A stretch of 64,000 nucleotides of DNA from Setoptus koraiensis (Eukaryota > Animalia > Arthropoda). The number at the start of each line of letters is the position of its first letter. The first letter of the stretch is position 1. The notes beneath the pieces are model-generated. The model searched no databases. It was given only the letters and a program-made list of their open reading frames with translations, and was not told the origin of the DNA. Both the position numbers and the translations under genes were made by a program. Positions 12,001 to 23,833 of this stretch are shown in pieces. The stretch is from positions 19,592,001-19,656,000 of the forward strand of contig CM106586.1 of assembly GCA_048013815.1 (NCBI GenBank). The letters are read 5' to 3'.

Positions 12001-15000
12001 AGCACTTTGCACCATAAGTCACTCGGGCCTCTCACCGTGCCTCACCGCGACAAACGCACCAACCGTGGATGAGGTGCCCCAACTCGGCGGGCTTTTCTGC
12101 CCATTGGACCCATTTGACCTATTTCGAGCCGGCAGCGCTACCAATTGCGCCCAATGTCGCCGTCGCTGTCGTCGATGCCAACGTGACCGCCGCTGTTGTT
12201 GTCGTCGATATCCGCAAAACATGAACTGTTTGCCCCCCGCCGGCCCACGACGCATTGTGCCGTCAATTATCATAATTATTAATGCGCCTTGTTGTTGCGT
12301 GCTCATCATGCTCATTATGCTCATTATGCTGCCCCCGTGATGTGATTTTTCCGGCATGTTCCACTCGCGGCCACTGCAACTGCCACCATCAATTGGGCGA
12401 TAAATCATGCAATCTTAATCGTGCCTCGCCAACGAAAATGCCCCAGCTGCCCCAACTGCCCGAAACGCTTGAACTGCCCGAAATGCCCGAACCGCTCGAA
12501 ATGCCCGAACTGCCCGAAATGCCCGAAACGCCCGAAATGTCCGGAATGCCCCAAACTTAATTGCACCCGAACTGCTAATGCTGCCCATGCTAATGCCTAC
12601 GCCGACACTGGCCATGCCAAAATGTATTTTTGTATGTATTTTTTGTTTATTGTTATTGTTGTTGTTGATCTACCCCGAACTCCACTTGCCCCCCCCCCTC
12701 CCCTACCTGCCCTTTGGCCATCTATCCATATATGTCCCCTGTCCATATTTCTACTGTGCTATTGTTGTGTCTATGAAAAACAATTATTCTGTCCGCGAAA
12801 TGCAAAAAAATGTGTGCCCAGTTTGATACTCGCTCCACTCGGGCTAGAACCGAGTTCTTAGGTGGATTAGAAGACGTCCTGGCCTCAATCCAGCCGTCGA
12901 CGTTCGTGGACGAGCAGCTATCTCTTTACAAGGTGAGTACTAGCGCACGCCCCAGGCCGTTTGTGATTGCACGCCAGTTTAAGCCCGCCGAAGGATTAGG
13001 CCGCACCGAAATAGACCGGCCCCCATCTAGACGGGGCCGGTTCGGCGCTTGCAAGCAACAACAAATATTTATTGTCTTGGCGTGTTCGTGTGTCATCTAT
13101 TTATCTTAACCGGCCTAACCTATTATTTATACATGCTCATCATGGCGTGAGCGCGTGGACAATGGCCAAAGAGTGTTTGTTTGCGCACCACAATAACATA
13201 TCATCATTTTGCTCCTCTCCTCACCTGTTCCTCGCTCGTCGTTGCGTCTCGCTCGTGACCTCGACTGTTTGTGTCGTCGCAGGGAATGACATGGAACGAG
13301 TTCGTCGAGGAACTGGCCAGCAGACGTTCCTCGTCCAGCTACATGCTGGCCAAATCGTCGCAACAACAATCGGCCAACAACAACTCCAACAATAATCAAC
13401 ATTCGGACGACAATAATGGGGACAATCTTGTCGACATTCACAGCGACCCTAGGAACGAGGCCCAGGCATCGCAGGGCACGGGCGCCATCTCGCGCCAGGG
13501 AAGTCGACACGGCAATAGGCAGGCGAACCGCCGCGAGCTACAGAGCAAGCCAAAATTGAAGCGCGGTCAAACGGTTGATTCGGTGTTCAGGTTGCCCCTC
13601 ATACCCACGTCCACGGTGGCGTCGCCCCGGCACGCACCCACCGGTAGAAACAGTGGCGCCAATAATGGATCAAGCAATCAAGACAATTACGACAATCAGT
13701 ACTGCTCAATGGCACCCACGCCCACTCACAAGGGCAACAACGGTGCCGATGGAGCGGATACCCCGGGCCGCGTCAATAACGGCCCTCCAGCGACAAAAGA
13801 GCGTGCCCACAAGACAGTGAGTAGCGATTTCATATTGTTGGTGAGCGCCGAAACGAGCCCCACGGGCCAGAACACGAGACAATCCGCGGGCACGCCCAAC
13901 GCGAACAGGTCGCTCATCGGATCGCCGCAGCGCGCCATAACCGAGTGTGACTCCAATCAAAATCTTATCAGCCAAAGTAGCACCTTTACGGGCGACATAA
14001 GCGGACAAACGGCGCTAACCCGAACGGCAGCGGTTTCGCCTAGCGCCGACAATGGCAAGCCAACGTCCGGCAAGCAGCACGACACCGGCCCGGCGATATC
14101 TAAGCCGGCCGGCCCGTTGGGTCGGCTCAACACCATCGATGCCGAGGGTAGCTTTGAGGCGGACGACGCGCTTGATTTGTTAAGCAATTCGCCCACGCAC
14201 ATGAATTTTCGCGCGCAGCAGATGGCGCGCCAGTCGTCGCTGACCACCATAACGTCTACGGTGTCACGAGCAGAACAGAAGCGCCAGCGTGCCTTATGGG
14301 ATTTATTTCAATCTGAGTGCACCTTCTTTTATGATCATTTAATGACATTGAAAAACGTCTACATGGAACCATTGAAAAAGATCCAAGTGGAGGGCTTTGC
14401 GATGTTCGCCGATCCCGACGTGCTGTTTGGAAATCTCGACGAATTGTGCTGCGGCGTGTACGACTTTTGCAAGGAATTCCTCAACATCATAATGCGAACA
14501 CTCAAGACGCATCCAGAGGACCTAAACGCCACCGAGATCCTGATCAAACTCTACAAGAAGGTAGGTGTCGCCATTGGTTGTGCAGGCGGGCTGTGATTTG
14601 CCCCGTTTCGACCGGAAACCATTTTTTTTTCAACCGGAAACCAAATTTTTCTTCCGACCGGAAACCAGTTTTTTTTCCAACCGGAAACCAAATTTTTTTT
14701 CGACCGGAAATGGCTAAAAATCAATAGATAATCAACCAATTCGTATTTCATCCTTTGTCTCAATTTTCACTGCGCGTAGAACCCCAAAATCGACCAGTTG
14801 CGCGGCGTGTATCACCGGTACACCCTAAACTACATCAATGCGCTCACCTATTTGGAGACGCTCAGGCGGCAGGTGGAATTTGTTGAGTTTGAGAAGTGGT
14901 CGTCCAGAGATTTGCGCTGCAAGAAACTGCAGCTGACGGATTTGCTGGTGGCGCCCGTGCAGCACATTATGCGCGTTCCCATTATATTGAAGGACATTGA

Positions 15001-16927
15001 ATCGCGAACGGAAAATCCGCGCGACCACGAAGAAATTCGCACCATCTTAGCCGTGGAGGAGGCCTCGTTGCGCGAGCTCGACGACAAAATGCGCTGGCTC
15101 AAGAATTTCGAACGGCTCCTCGAGATCCAGAAGAACATTTACTGGCCTAACTTGTTCGAAATCGATCCCAAGATCTACGTGCCAGAGGTGAGTGCAGCCA
15201 CATAACGAACTGCTGACAAAATTTCATTGATAATAGTAGCTAATCAAACGAAAAACTTGCCCATAATCGCGCAGTTTCTCAAAGAGGCCCTCTCGAAGCA
15301 ACCCTGCGAAAAACTGATTGTGTCGCCCAGGCGACAAATTGTCTTTGAGGGCACAATCAGCAATTTGGATCTAGGCAAGCCCTGTGATGTTCACATGATT
15401 CTTTTTGACGACATGCTCATTTTAACTCGTCGCAAGAAAACCCTAACCAAGAAGGTAAGAAACTTCTTTTACTGTTTATCAACGCTGTATATCAATATAT
15501 TTGTGATACAATTATCTCGACACAACAATATAATTAATATTTATGACTCCTCTCTTATAACTCCTCTCAGGCCAGCACGGTTTGCAAGCCAAACCCATTA
15601 AGTGCGTCCACCAAAGAGGAGGGCAGCTTCAAGTATGTGGTGTACAAACAGCCGCTCAGTCTGGACAGATTTTATGTCCACGATGTGCAATCCGTTGACG
15701 CCCAAAGTAGGTAGCCCGTGCGATTCATATAGTCAATCAATCATGACGATCGATCAACTGTTTTATTCAAATTGCTAATTCCTGCAAAATCTAACATATT
15801 TGTTGATGATGTTTAGGTGCCGGACTCAAAAACTTGTTCCTGTTGATTGTGCTCAATCGATTCCAGCAAATAACCTTTGTTCACACCTTTTCGGCGCAAA
15901 CTGACGAGCTCAAGGTGAGTACTAGTGCCGTTAGGTGGCTGAGATCAATTTTTTGCTTGTTGTTCACATAAATCTGACTCACAATATCTCTCTATTTGTC
16001 TCCCGAGAACAGCAAACTTGGGTCTACAAGATAAAAAAAACGGCCGAACGTTGGAAGCGAAACTTTCAAAACTCGCTGTTCCGAGCCGGCGGTCAACAAC
16101 AACAGCAACAGCAGCCGCAACAACAGTCACAATCCAACCAAACAAACCGTTACAATTCCGGAACCGGAAATGACTGTGCGCCAATGGAAAGGGATGTGCC
16201 GATGGCAAATCAATATAGACAACAACAGGTAACAACAATTAGCAACAATCATCATCATAATCAAACTGTGATAACTAGCCAACCTTGCTCACTAACTACA
16301 GCCGCACCAAGAGCTGATATAACGCAAATTAGTGGTACCACTTACAAGGCCACAGAACAAAAACAACAACAGCAACAGAGGTCGATGCCAGTGGGAGATA
16401 ATTTGTCCAACGACGCTACAAATACAAGTTTATTGATGGATACCGGTGCTCATCAGAGTAGTGAGATAGAAAATCAGACAGCAATGAAACAAAACAATAT
16501 CCATGATGCAACCAACATGAGCTACATTAAGGGTGCCACTATCAACAGCAACAAGAAACCAGTGCAACAAGTGGATTGGGCCTCTGGTTCAGATGGAAAC
16601 AGAAAAACCGGAAGTAAGCCACCGGAAAACGCCACCAATTGTGTGGATAGAAACCAGGCAATTAAAACAATGACAACCACAGCAACAACAGGTGAACTTG
16701 GCAGCTCATTGCCCAAGCTATTGCCAAATGAGAAACCACCAATACCAAAGAGAACATTTGCTACTCTTGTTAGTCCAGTTGTATCAATAGCTGGCTCAGA
16801 TCAAACAAACAAACCATCACCTACTCACTTCATTGGTTCAGATACAAAATCAACCATGGACCCGTTTGCAGCGACAAAGAACGACAACAGCGTGACAGGC
16901 TCGAGCAATTTCAGTTCCCTCATCTGA
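678..16927 (+). CDS. PLEKHG7: PLEKHG7-like RhoGEF (DH-PH) with very long low-complexity N-terminus, ~2770 aa, 13 exons
   Basis: Manual join(678..4502,4994..5096,8302..9304,9584..9747,10109..10153,11001..11044,12822..12932,13283..14560,14780..15187,15275..15454,15571..15706,15817..15914,16013..16927); all introns GT..AG with consistent phases. DH start ALWDLFQSECTFFYDHLMTLKNVYM, LTDLLVAPVQHIMRVPIILKDI and the DH-PH linker IYWPNLFEIDPKIYVPEFLKEAL...VFEGTI...MILFDDMLILTR match my recollection of PLEKHG7. The 5' exons and the start codon are less certain than the DH-PH exons. Confidence 0.85.
7550..7650. repeat. Intronic minisatellite, ~17 bp unit AAAAATTTGTGCYCCG, ~6 copies
   Basis: Read directly from the sequence; degenerate tandem copies with no unique spacers. 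Confidence 0.85.
12440..12555. repeat. Intronic 9-bp minisatellite TGCCCGAAA/TGCCCGAAC
   Basis: About 12 degenerate tandem copies; they produce the spurious CPKCPN/MPE ORFs. Confidence 0.85.
14272..16060 (+). other. DH (RhoGEF) and PH domain-coding exons of the PLEKHG7-like gene
   Basis: EQKRQRALWDLFQSEC through LLEIQKNIYWP (DH), then KYVVYKQPLSLDRFYVHDV and FVHTFSAQTDELKQTWVYKIKK (PH) across 6 exons. Confidence 0.9.
14609..14710. repeat. Intronic ~23 bp minisatellite ACCGGAAACC+poly-T, 5 copies
   Basis: Direct tandem copies inside intron 14561-14779. Confidence 0.85.
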
Positions 16928-18297
16928 CCTCTTTTATCATATTGACAATCCATTTGGTTATTTCACCACTGAAAGTATCTGTTGCTCACATCTACTTGTA
17001 TCTCATGTCAGTGATACAAGTATGATGAATGTATGAAAGTATGTCATGAATGTTTCCATCTAAAGAGTACGTTGTATTGAGTGTTTCCGTTCATTATTAA
17101 TTGTTCACATCAAGCATATGTACAAACAAAGTTTAAATTTATAGTTGTTATAGGCAAAAATAGATGAAATTTTCTACTTTTGACAAATCTAATTATCACT
17201 TTGATCGGGCACTATTTACTTGGTAACAGAAACTCCACGAATAAACTCATGGATAGTCAATGGTGACGGCAGAATCGGCGGTTAAGAATTGAGAAATTTG
17301 GTTTTAGAATGAACAAAACATGCGATTTCTCGGTTTTTCCGGTTTCAATAAAATCATTCATATTGATGAGTTTTTCATCATTTTCCAAGAGAAATGAATA
17401 TCGAGTTATGAGTTGCAACAGTCATAAAAAGAGAACTATTGATCATACCAGACAGAAGCGGGTCAAGCAGTTTGAACAATGACGCAATCAAACATTATGT
17501 GCTGATCACTTCAACTGATCGTCTGGCATAGCAACAGCAGCGCATTTATCAACGATACAATTCAAAGCAAATTTAGGTTTTTAAGCATAGAACAGATGAA
17601 GGTCGGCGTTTTAGGTGTAAACAAATACGTCTCAAACGACGTACCTATCAATAGTTGTACTACAAGTTGCCGTCCAAATTTTCATAACTGTATCTCTACT
17701 CATTGTGCGTCGCTTTTTAACCGATTTCGTCGTCCCCAGTAATCAAGGACATTGTCATCATATTGTTGTTTCAATTATGTCTTGTTGTCGAGCAACTAAC
17801 GCTTACAAGGTGTGGTCACTCGATCACGAGCACATCATAGGCGAGGCTGAATGTTTACGAATTAGTTTTCATGGTGGATCTTTAAACAATCTATCTGAAT
17901 ACATGTCTGCGTCATGTTTTTTGGAGTATTCCGAAAGGTATATTTTTTATCTTAACCTCATCGAACAGTGACTGACGTGAGATAGTTGTTCCAAAGTGTG
18001 TGACGCGATGTTTGAAAAACATATGTCTAGACTTGACGTGAAAGAGATGAGTGAGCTTAATTTTAGAAATCTTTCTAAACACACATTCGTGAGTCGGAAT
18101 GTGTGAACAAGAGAAAAATTTTTGTTGGCTTTCGCTCATGAAAGGGCACACAATCAGATCTCTCTCTCTCTCTCTCTCTCTCACTTGATATTAGCTATTG
18201 ATAGCCTGCTGGTATATCAGGATAAACCACAATTGTTAACCACAGTGAAATTCCGTTGATCTTTGGCGACAGCAACGAAAAAATAAGTCAAACAAAA

Positions 18298-18777
18298 ATG
18301 AACTCAATTTTATTCACTGTGGTCAATATGGCGCTGGTAGTTGTGGTGGCCAACGCAAAAAAAGATTTCTCTCATTGTGACAAATGGTCGCAGAACATCA
18401 CGAGATTAGACAAACGGAAGTACGCGGCGGCAATAGAGTATGTGAAAGAGAACTGTCCTTCGGGCGCCCTCATTCAGCATATTGGCGATGTTCGCAGGAC
18501 ATTCAAGAGACTGGGCGAAGATGAACCTGGTTGGCTTGCAAAGGCCGAGCTGTGTGTATCCGAATACCTTTATACTTTGTCTAGCATTCTCGAAAACCCA
18601 ACCGGCGTCTCAGGTAAAAAGATAGAATACCCTAGCTCTGAAATGTTAGAGGAAGCAGAAAAGAAATATAATGGCCAGTACACATATGACGCAATGGCTT
18701 ACATGATGTCACACATGAAAGATCCTGGTGTGAGAAAGTATCTCGAGGTTAATCAGAAACTTGCAGCAAAGCAATAA
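18298..18777 (+). CDS. Intronless secreted protein, family A copy 1 (159 aa), unknown function
   Basis: ATG at 18298, hydrophobic signal peptide MNSILFTVVNMALVVVVANA; shares SHCD, AAxxYxKxNCPS, VSEY, IEYPSS and SHxxDPGV motifs with 19809..20369. Confidence 0.8.
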   Translation: MNSILFTVVNMALVVVVANAKKDFSHCDKWSQNITRLDKRKYAAAIEYVKENCPSGALIQHIGDVRRTFKRLGEDEPGWLAKAELCVSEYLYTLSSILENPTGVSGKKIEYPSSEMLEEAEKKYNGQYTYDAMAYMMSHMKDPGVRKYLEVNQKLAAKQ

Positions 18778-19808
18778 ACGTGCCATATCAATTGTGAGAT
18801 GGTTAAAATATTCACAATTTGACACTCGTTATTTCCAACTGACTAAATGTGTCATAGCATTGATGTCGCAATAAAATTGACTCAATGAGAACATGAATTG
18901 ACATCCGGCAGGGGTCACCATTTATCCCGTTCTTCTATTATATTTTATTACATCTATCGTTATCTAATATTATATCTTTCGATGCTCACAAATTGGCGCC
19001 GCGATTCAGTGTTGCGAATCCTGAGCAATAGTCGATCGCTAGCGGCTTGTTGACCTCGCCCGAAATCTAACGACCAACCAGTTATTGAGGGAATAAATTA
19101 TCCAGCACTTATCACAGGTTGTGAGCTTTAGTGCTGACTACGGTCTGCGCCCCATCAGTTAGGCATCTTTATATGTATTCATAATGACAAATTTAGATCT
19201 CTACTGCTTTTCCAACAATTTTAACAGAGAAAATATTGATAGTCCGAATAATCTTTTCCAGCAGTCTAATCTGACGAGATTTCTAGGACAGTTTACGTTA
19301 AACGACGACAAATTGCGTCACTCTTTCGCGAGTGTGATGTTCGGGCCGAGATTCACTCAGAACTTATGATTCATCAGGCTTTCTTTTGTCAGTTATGAAT
19401 AATGCTCATCAAAAGTCGAAGCTGGTGACATCTACGCTATCGATTGGGTGCAGTCAAAAGTCCAACGTGGCAACTTCAGGCATTTACGCTTGCAGTGCAT
19501 GAGCTTGCTAGGCATACATTGTTGCATATTCTGAAGTTTTCGTCGATATTTTTGGAAAATTTTCAAAGCAACAACATGCCAAGGGAATGCATTGTGAATA
19601 TCACGTGAATATCCCATGCCAAACACTATATCTGTCAGCTGTGTAAGGGGCCAGAATGAACCACAGTAACACACCTCATACGTTCATACTATGTACGTAT
19701 GTTTTCTATCACCTATCAAAATTATTACAATCTTATTTTAAATATTAACATTCCATTACAGGTATTCTAGCACAGGGGCACAAGTGCACAGGGATAAAAG
19801 CGTGAAAA

Positions 19809-20369
19809 ATGATCAATTCCATGTTGATCAACTTGTTCGTGCTTGCGACGACACTTGTTGTTGTTGCCCAAGCAAGTGATGATTTGTCCCATTGTGATGC
19901 ATTGTCGCAAAGCTTTAAAACGTTGGGATCGCAATTTTGGCCAAGCAAAATCAATGCAGCCCTTGATTATATCAAACTAAATTGTCCATCGCAAGATCTA
20001 CTAACTCATGCTAGCTACGTGAAAGCGGCCACTCAGCAAGAGGGTGGCTTCGCGCCGAACAAGAGCTACAAAATAGATCGCGAGCTGAAACACGAACAGG
20101 CTGAGTGGTTAGAGGCCGTAGAAGGGAAAGTGTCCGAATACTTCTATGAGCTGGCACAAATCCTTGACGAGCCAGATAAGTTGACAGGCCAAGCAATAGA
20201 GTATCCTAGCTCAAAAGCCATTTTAAGCTTGCTGCAAGAAGTGGACGACGACGATGACGGCACTTTTAAGAATGTCACCATGAATTATCTCTGGTCTCAT
20301 ACCATGGATCCGGGTGTAATGAAGCTGCTCTATGTGATGAATAAAGCACAGAAACACCATACAGATTAG
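19809..20369 (+). CDS. Intronless secreted protein, family A copy 2 (186 aa), unknown function
   Basis: Signal peptide MINSMLINLFVLATTLVVVAQA; clear paralog of 18298..18777. Confidence 0.8.
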   Translation: MINSMLINLFVLATTLVVVAQASDDLSHCDALSQSFKTLGSQFWPSKINAALDYIKLNCPSQDLLTHASYVKAATQQEGGFAPNKSYKIDRELKHEQAEWLEAVEGKVSEYFYELAQILDEPDKLTGQAIEYPSSKAILSLLQEVDDDDDGTFKNVTMNYLWSHTMDPGVMKLLYVMNKAQKHHTD

Positions 20370-21093
20370 TGACAATAAATCACCCAATATGAATAGAATT
20401 GCCAGACGGTCGATTGGCATCAGCAACAATTTTGCACGGATAGAGAGACAAATAAACTATGAAAAAAGCCTCCATTGAAAAGGTCCATTTAATGGGTCTG
20501 CGAGAAAAGAAGAATCTCAGCTGTCCACCTAATTTTGATTAATTTTTCGTCGAGCAGATTTTCTGGAAATCAATTTATTCAAGTGAGCGTCCGAATGACA
20601 ATCGATATCGGACAAGTGTAAGTGAAAATTTGAGCGCATTTTGCTATCTAGTTTTCTCAAATTAACCGCTCTGGAATCCAGAGTCCGGATTGAAAAATGT
20701 AACCGCATCCTTAAATATACGACAGGTTTTCTTTTAATAGCACGAACATTTGAGAATTAGACAAATTTTGCAAGAGGAAGCTGAGAAAAATGACAACGTC
20801 ACCGGATGTATAATTTCTGAGCGCATAGCTATGATTGTGTTAGTTTAGTTGCTCAGTTTGACATGTAGAAGAAATCCATGACTGCTCCCAGCATCTCGAG
20901 CCAGAATGAAATACAAGCATAACTGTTGCAATTTCTATGATACCGAACCGGGTTGGCAAGAGGAGAAGGGTTCGGTTCTCACTTGATATGATCACAATAT
21001 CGATCAATCGAATTTCCTGACGAAAAGAGTGATTACTACACTTGATCGACAATTCTCAATTGCAGAAGCATGGAATTTTTCCAATCTGGTTCA

Positions 21094-21675
21094 TCAGATT
21101 TGTCCTTCGAAAAATATTTTGCATAAAACAAAGCCTTCCAGGAGCGTGAGAAAATTCTTATCATTCGCTGCCACTATAAGTTCGAGGTGAGGAATAGTTT
21201 GGGCTCTGACAAGTGTATACACATACTGTATCGAGCGATTTGTTAATTCGGCACATTCGAAATTTAACTGGGCAACATTTTTACGTTTCTGTAATGATTT
21301 TCCCACAATTTTTTCTTGATTAGCTGCTTCTCTACTGTCTAGCGTCTCGCCGAAGTGTTTCCAATTTGATCCTGTAAATTCATAAACCGGATGCTCCAAT
21401 GCAGACAGCAACTCTCTGATATCACTTGTCACCATTGTAGCCCAGAGAGATGTGTGCTGCAAATAAAAGCACAAACATGGTGCCAATATTAGATGAATAT
21501 TGCTGGAAACCAAGGATTCGCCCATTGAAATGCATCTTGCTTGGACTTGGTTGAATGTTATCGGTGGATAATCAGAACAATCGAATTCAGTATCCACGTT
21601 TAGTTTTCTATCGAGTGCAATGACCAGTTTTGTGGTGAAGATAAAAACAGATAGCAATGTAGCTGCGCGCAACAT
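21094..21675 (-). CDS. Intronless secreted 6-Cys protein (~193 aa; alternative ATG at 21714), unknown function
   Basis: Long ORF in AT-rich DNA; signal-like MLRAATLLSVFIFTTKLVIA; six Cys in the mature region including a CxC. Confidence 0.7.
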   Translation of the reverse strand: MLRAATLLSVFIFTTKLVIALDRKLNVDTEFDCSDYPPITFNQVQARCISMGESLVSSNIHLILAPCLCFYLQHTSLWATMVTSDIRELLSALEHPVYEFTGSNWKHFGETLDSREAANQEKIVGKSLQKRKNVAQLNFECAELTNRSIQYVYTLVRAQTIPHLELIVAANDKNFLTLLEGFVLCKIFFEGQI

Positions 21676-21944
21676 GTTGATATTCTCTGATTTACTTCCG
21701 TTGTTCTTTAGCATTTTCCGAATCTGCTATTATGAATAGTATCGGATCAAATGATGATCAATCATCCCACAATGAAAACTGAATACTCGCATCCGACAAC
21801 GCGAGGTAACTGGCGAGTGACTGAAAAACGCTGCAAATTCAAACAGTGTTTCATTCAAAACGCGAATACATGCTGAAATAAAGGGAGGGAGGTGCTACGC
21901 CGGCGCATAGCAAACTCGTCTGAGCAGCTCGCTAGCTGCTCGAA

Positions 21945-21998
21945 AACATCTACTTGGAGTGTTATGTCATACAGGACCAGGGCCTGAATCACAAATAT
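21945..21998 (-). pseudogene. Relic of exon 1 (signal peptide) of the secreted thioredoxin-like family
   Basis: Minus strand encodes IFVIQALVLYDITLQVDV, nearly identical to exon 1 of the 23038 gene; no ATG, donor or downstream exons. Confidence 0.7.
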
Positions 21999-22002
21999 AC
22001 TT

Positions 22003-23030
22003 TCGATTCGCTACGTTGGCCGCAGTGCCAACGGCATCGTCAATCTATCAGCAAGGCCAGCCACAATCTCAGGTGAGGACAGGTTTGTTGTTGCATCTCG
22101 GCAGGTCGCTATTGAATGTTGTCATCAGATCAATGATGATTCGCACAGATTTACGCAACGTATCCACTCTGGCGCTAATACAAGCGAGACGATACTCGAG
22201 CGAATGGTTGTTGTAGCATATACGAGAATACGCGCATGCTGTATTTGTTCATCTGATTTCGTATACATTCTACATAAATCTATGTGTGTGCGGATTTAAT
22301 GGAGGTATGGAAATTTCCCTCCCCGCGATTGCATCTAATGATAAATAGATGCACAGAATACAAAATCAACAGATAGCAAACAAAGAGATGAAAGATGCAG
22401 CTCAAGTGCAAGTGTGAGATGGCGCTCCTTTTCGTAATGCAGCGGTGATCACGTGAGCTGTGGCAATCATTTAGAGACTTTTCCCGGGCGATAATTTGTT
22501 TGTGTCATATCTTTCGTATGCGGCAAAGAGAATGCAGTGGGAATCGAAAAGGGATTTTTCTGTGATATCCTGGCCGATGCACGAAGAGATCAAACAAGAT
22601 AACAGCAGCGCAGTAATGCCGACAGAATGGCAAGGCTCTTGCGGCCTTTCAGTCAACAGGTACGATCGTGGTGCGGAGGTCGATAATTAGCGTTTTCTTC
22701 CCCTATGCGCAGAATCGTATTACCTGAGACCAAGGAATAGAGGTTCTGCTAGTTTCGCACTTACGCTCTCTTCTGCGCAGAGGAGATTCTCGAAACATGT
22801 TCGTGATCGTTTGCCTGTATAAAAACTACTGGTTACGTCTTCGGATTTCACAGTATCAGCACTCTTTATTCGAGGATACCTCTCTCAAAGTAAATATCAA
22901 AAACTGAGCTAATTAATACAGAAACTTCAAAAACAACAGCAATTAAATACCGCCAGTCCGTGTACTAAGCAATAATACAGTAAGAAGGTGATCTTCCAGT
23001 TTCGCTCGCCGTCAAAATAGACATCAACTA
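22003..23030. repeat. Dispersed ~1 kb module U, copy 1 (5' flank of TrxL-A)
   Basis: Inverted homolog at 25660..26645; partial copies at 24165..24300, 26720..27010, 27030..27530, 28420..29000, 29050..29540 and 30040..30710 (shared strings such as GACTTTTCCCGGGYGATAAYTTGTTTGTGTCATATCTTTCGTATGCGGCAAAGAGAAT). Confidence 0.85.
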
Positions 23031-23037
23031 ACTAAGC

Positions 23038-23833
23038 ATGCTGAGGACAAAAATTGTCGCAATATTCGTGATTCAGGCCTTGGTCCTGTATGACATAACA
23101 CTCTCAGTGGATGTTCAGCTCGTAAATACGCGCGTAAGTATTCTCTGAGAATGCGCCTCCCCGGCGTCCACTTAAAGGGTAGCAGCTGAAACATTTCCAT
23201 CTGATGGTGCTCGTTGTGTCTTCGGATGTCCTCTGTAAGAATTGCACAGAGAGTGAAAATCCGCGACACGAAAAATATAATGTGCTAGTGTTGCCTTTTT
23301 AGTCAGAAAAAAAAAATGTTTTTTCGATCACCCTTTACTTATTCATCAACCCATTAACCAGAAGCGAGTCGGTTTCACATTACCAAACCTTTTTTATCCT
23401 CAATAGAAAGAACTTGATGCACATCTCGAAAGATCGAAAAGCGGAGACAAACAAGTGGTTCTTCTCCATTTCACGACCTACAATTGTAAAGAATGGACGC
23501 CGTGCAGAAACAGCCTTAAAGTTATAGACGAAATCGATCCTATGTTCGTCAAAAAAATGGTCATACTCAGAGTTATCGCTGAATACCCGGACGTAAGTTA
23601 TTCTCCATGCTGTCACTAATGATTGAGCAACCACAATTTATTCGCCTAAATAATTTATAATGAAATGTCCTTTTTTTCCCCAGACGAAAAAAATGCAGGA
23701 AGATTTTGATGCCGGCATTCCAGGTATTGTTATATTCAAAAAAGGGGTCAAGGTTAGAGAAGGGTCATTCGATGCGAATGACGAAGGTCGGCTGTCATTT
23801 ATTTTGCAAATCAATCTATTGAAACCAAAGTAG
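23038..23833 (+). CDS. Secreted thioredoxin-like protein TrxL-A (143 aa), CX5C site CKEWTPC
   Basis: join(23038..23133,23407..23592,23684..23833), phase-0 GT..AG introns. MLRTKIVAIFVIQALVLYDITLS signal + KELDAHLERSKSGDKQVVLLHFTTYNCKEWTPC...LRVIAEYPD|TKKMQEDFDAGIPGIVIFKKG (Trx cis-Pro and FKKG strand). Confidence 0.85.

Noticed and set aside
7550-14710. Regularly spaced short repeats at 7550 and 14609 resembling CRISPR arrays
   Set aside because: Eukaryotic introns, no unique spacers, no cas genes; simple minisatellites.
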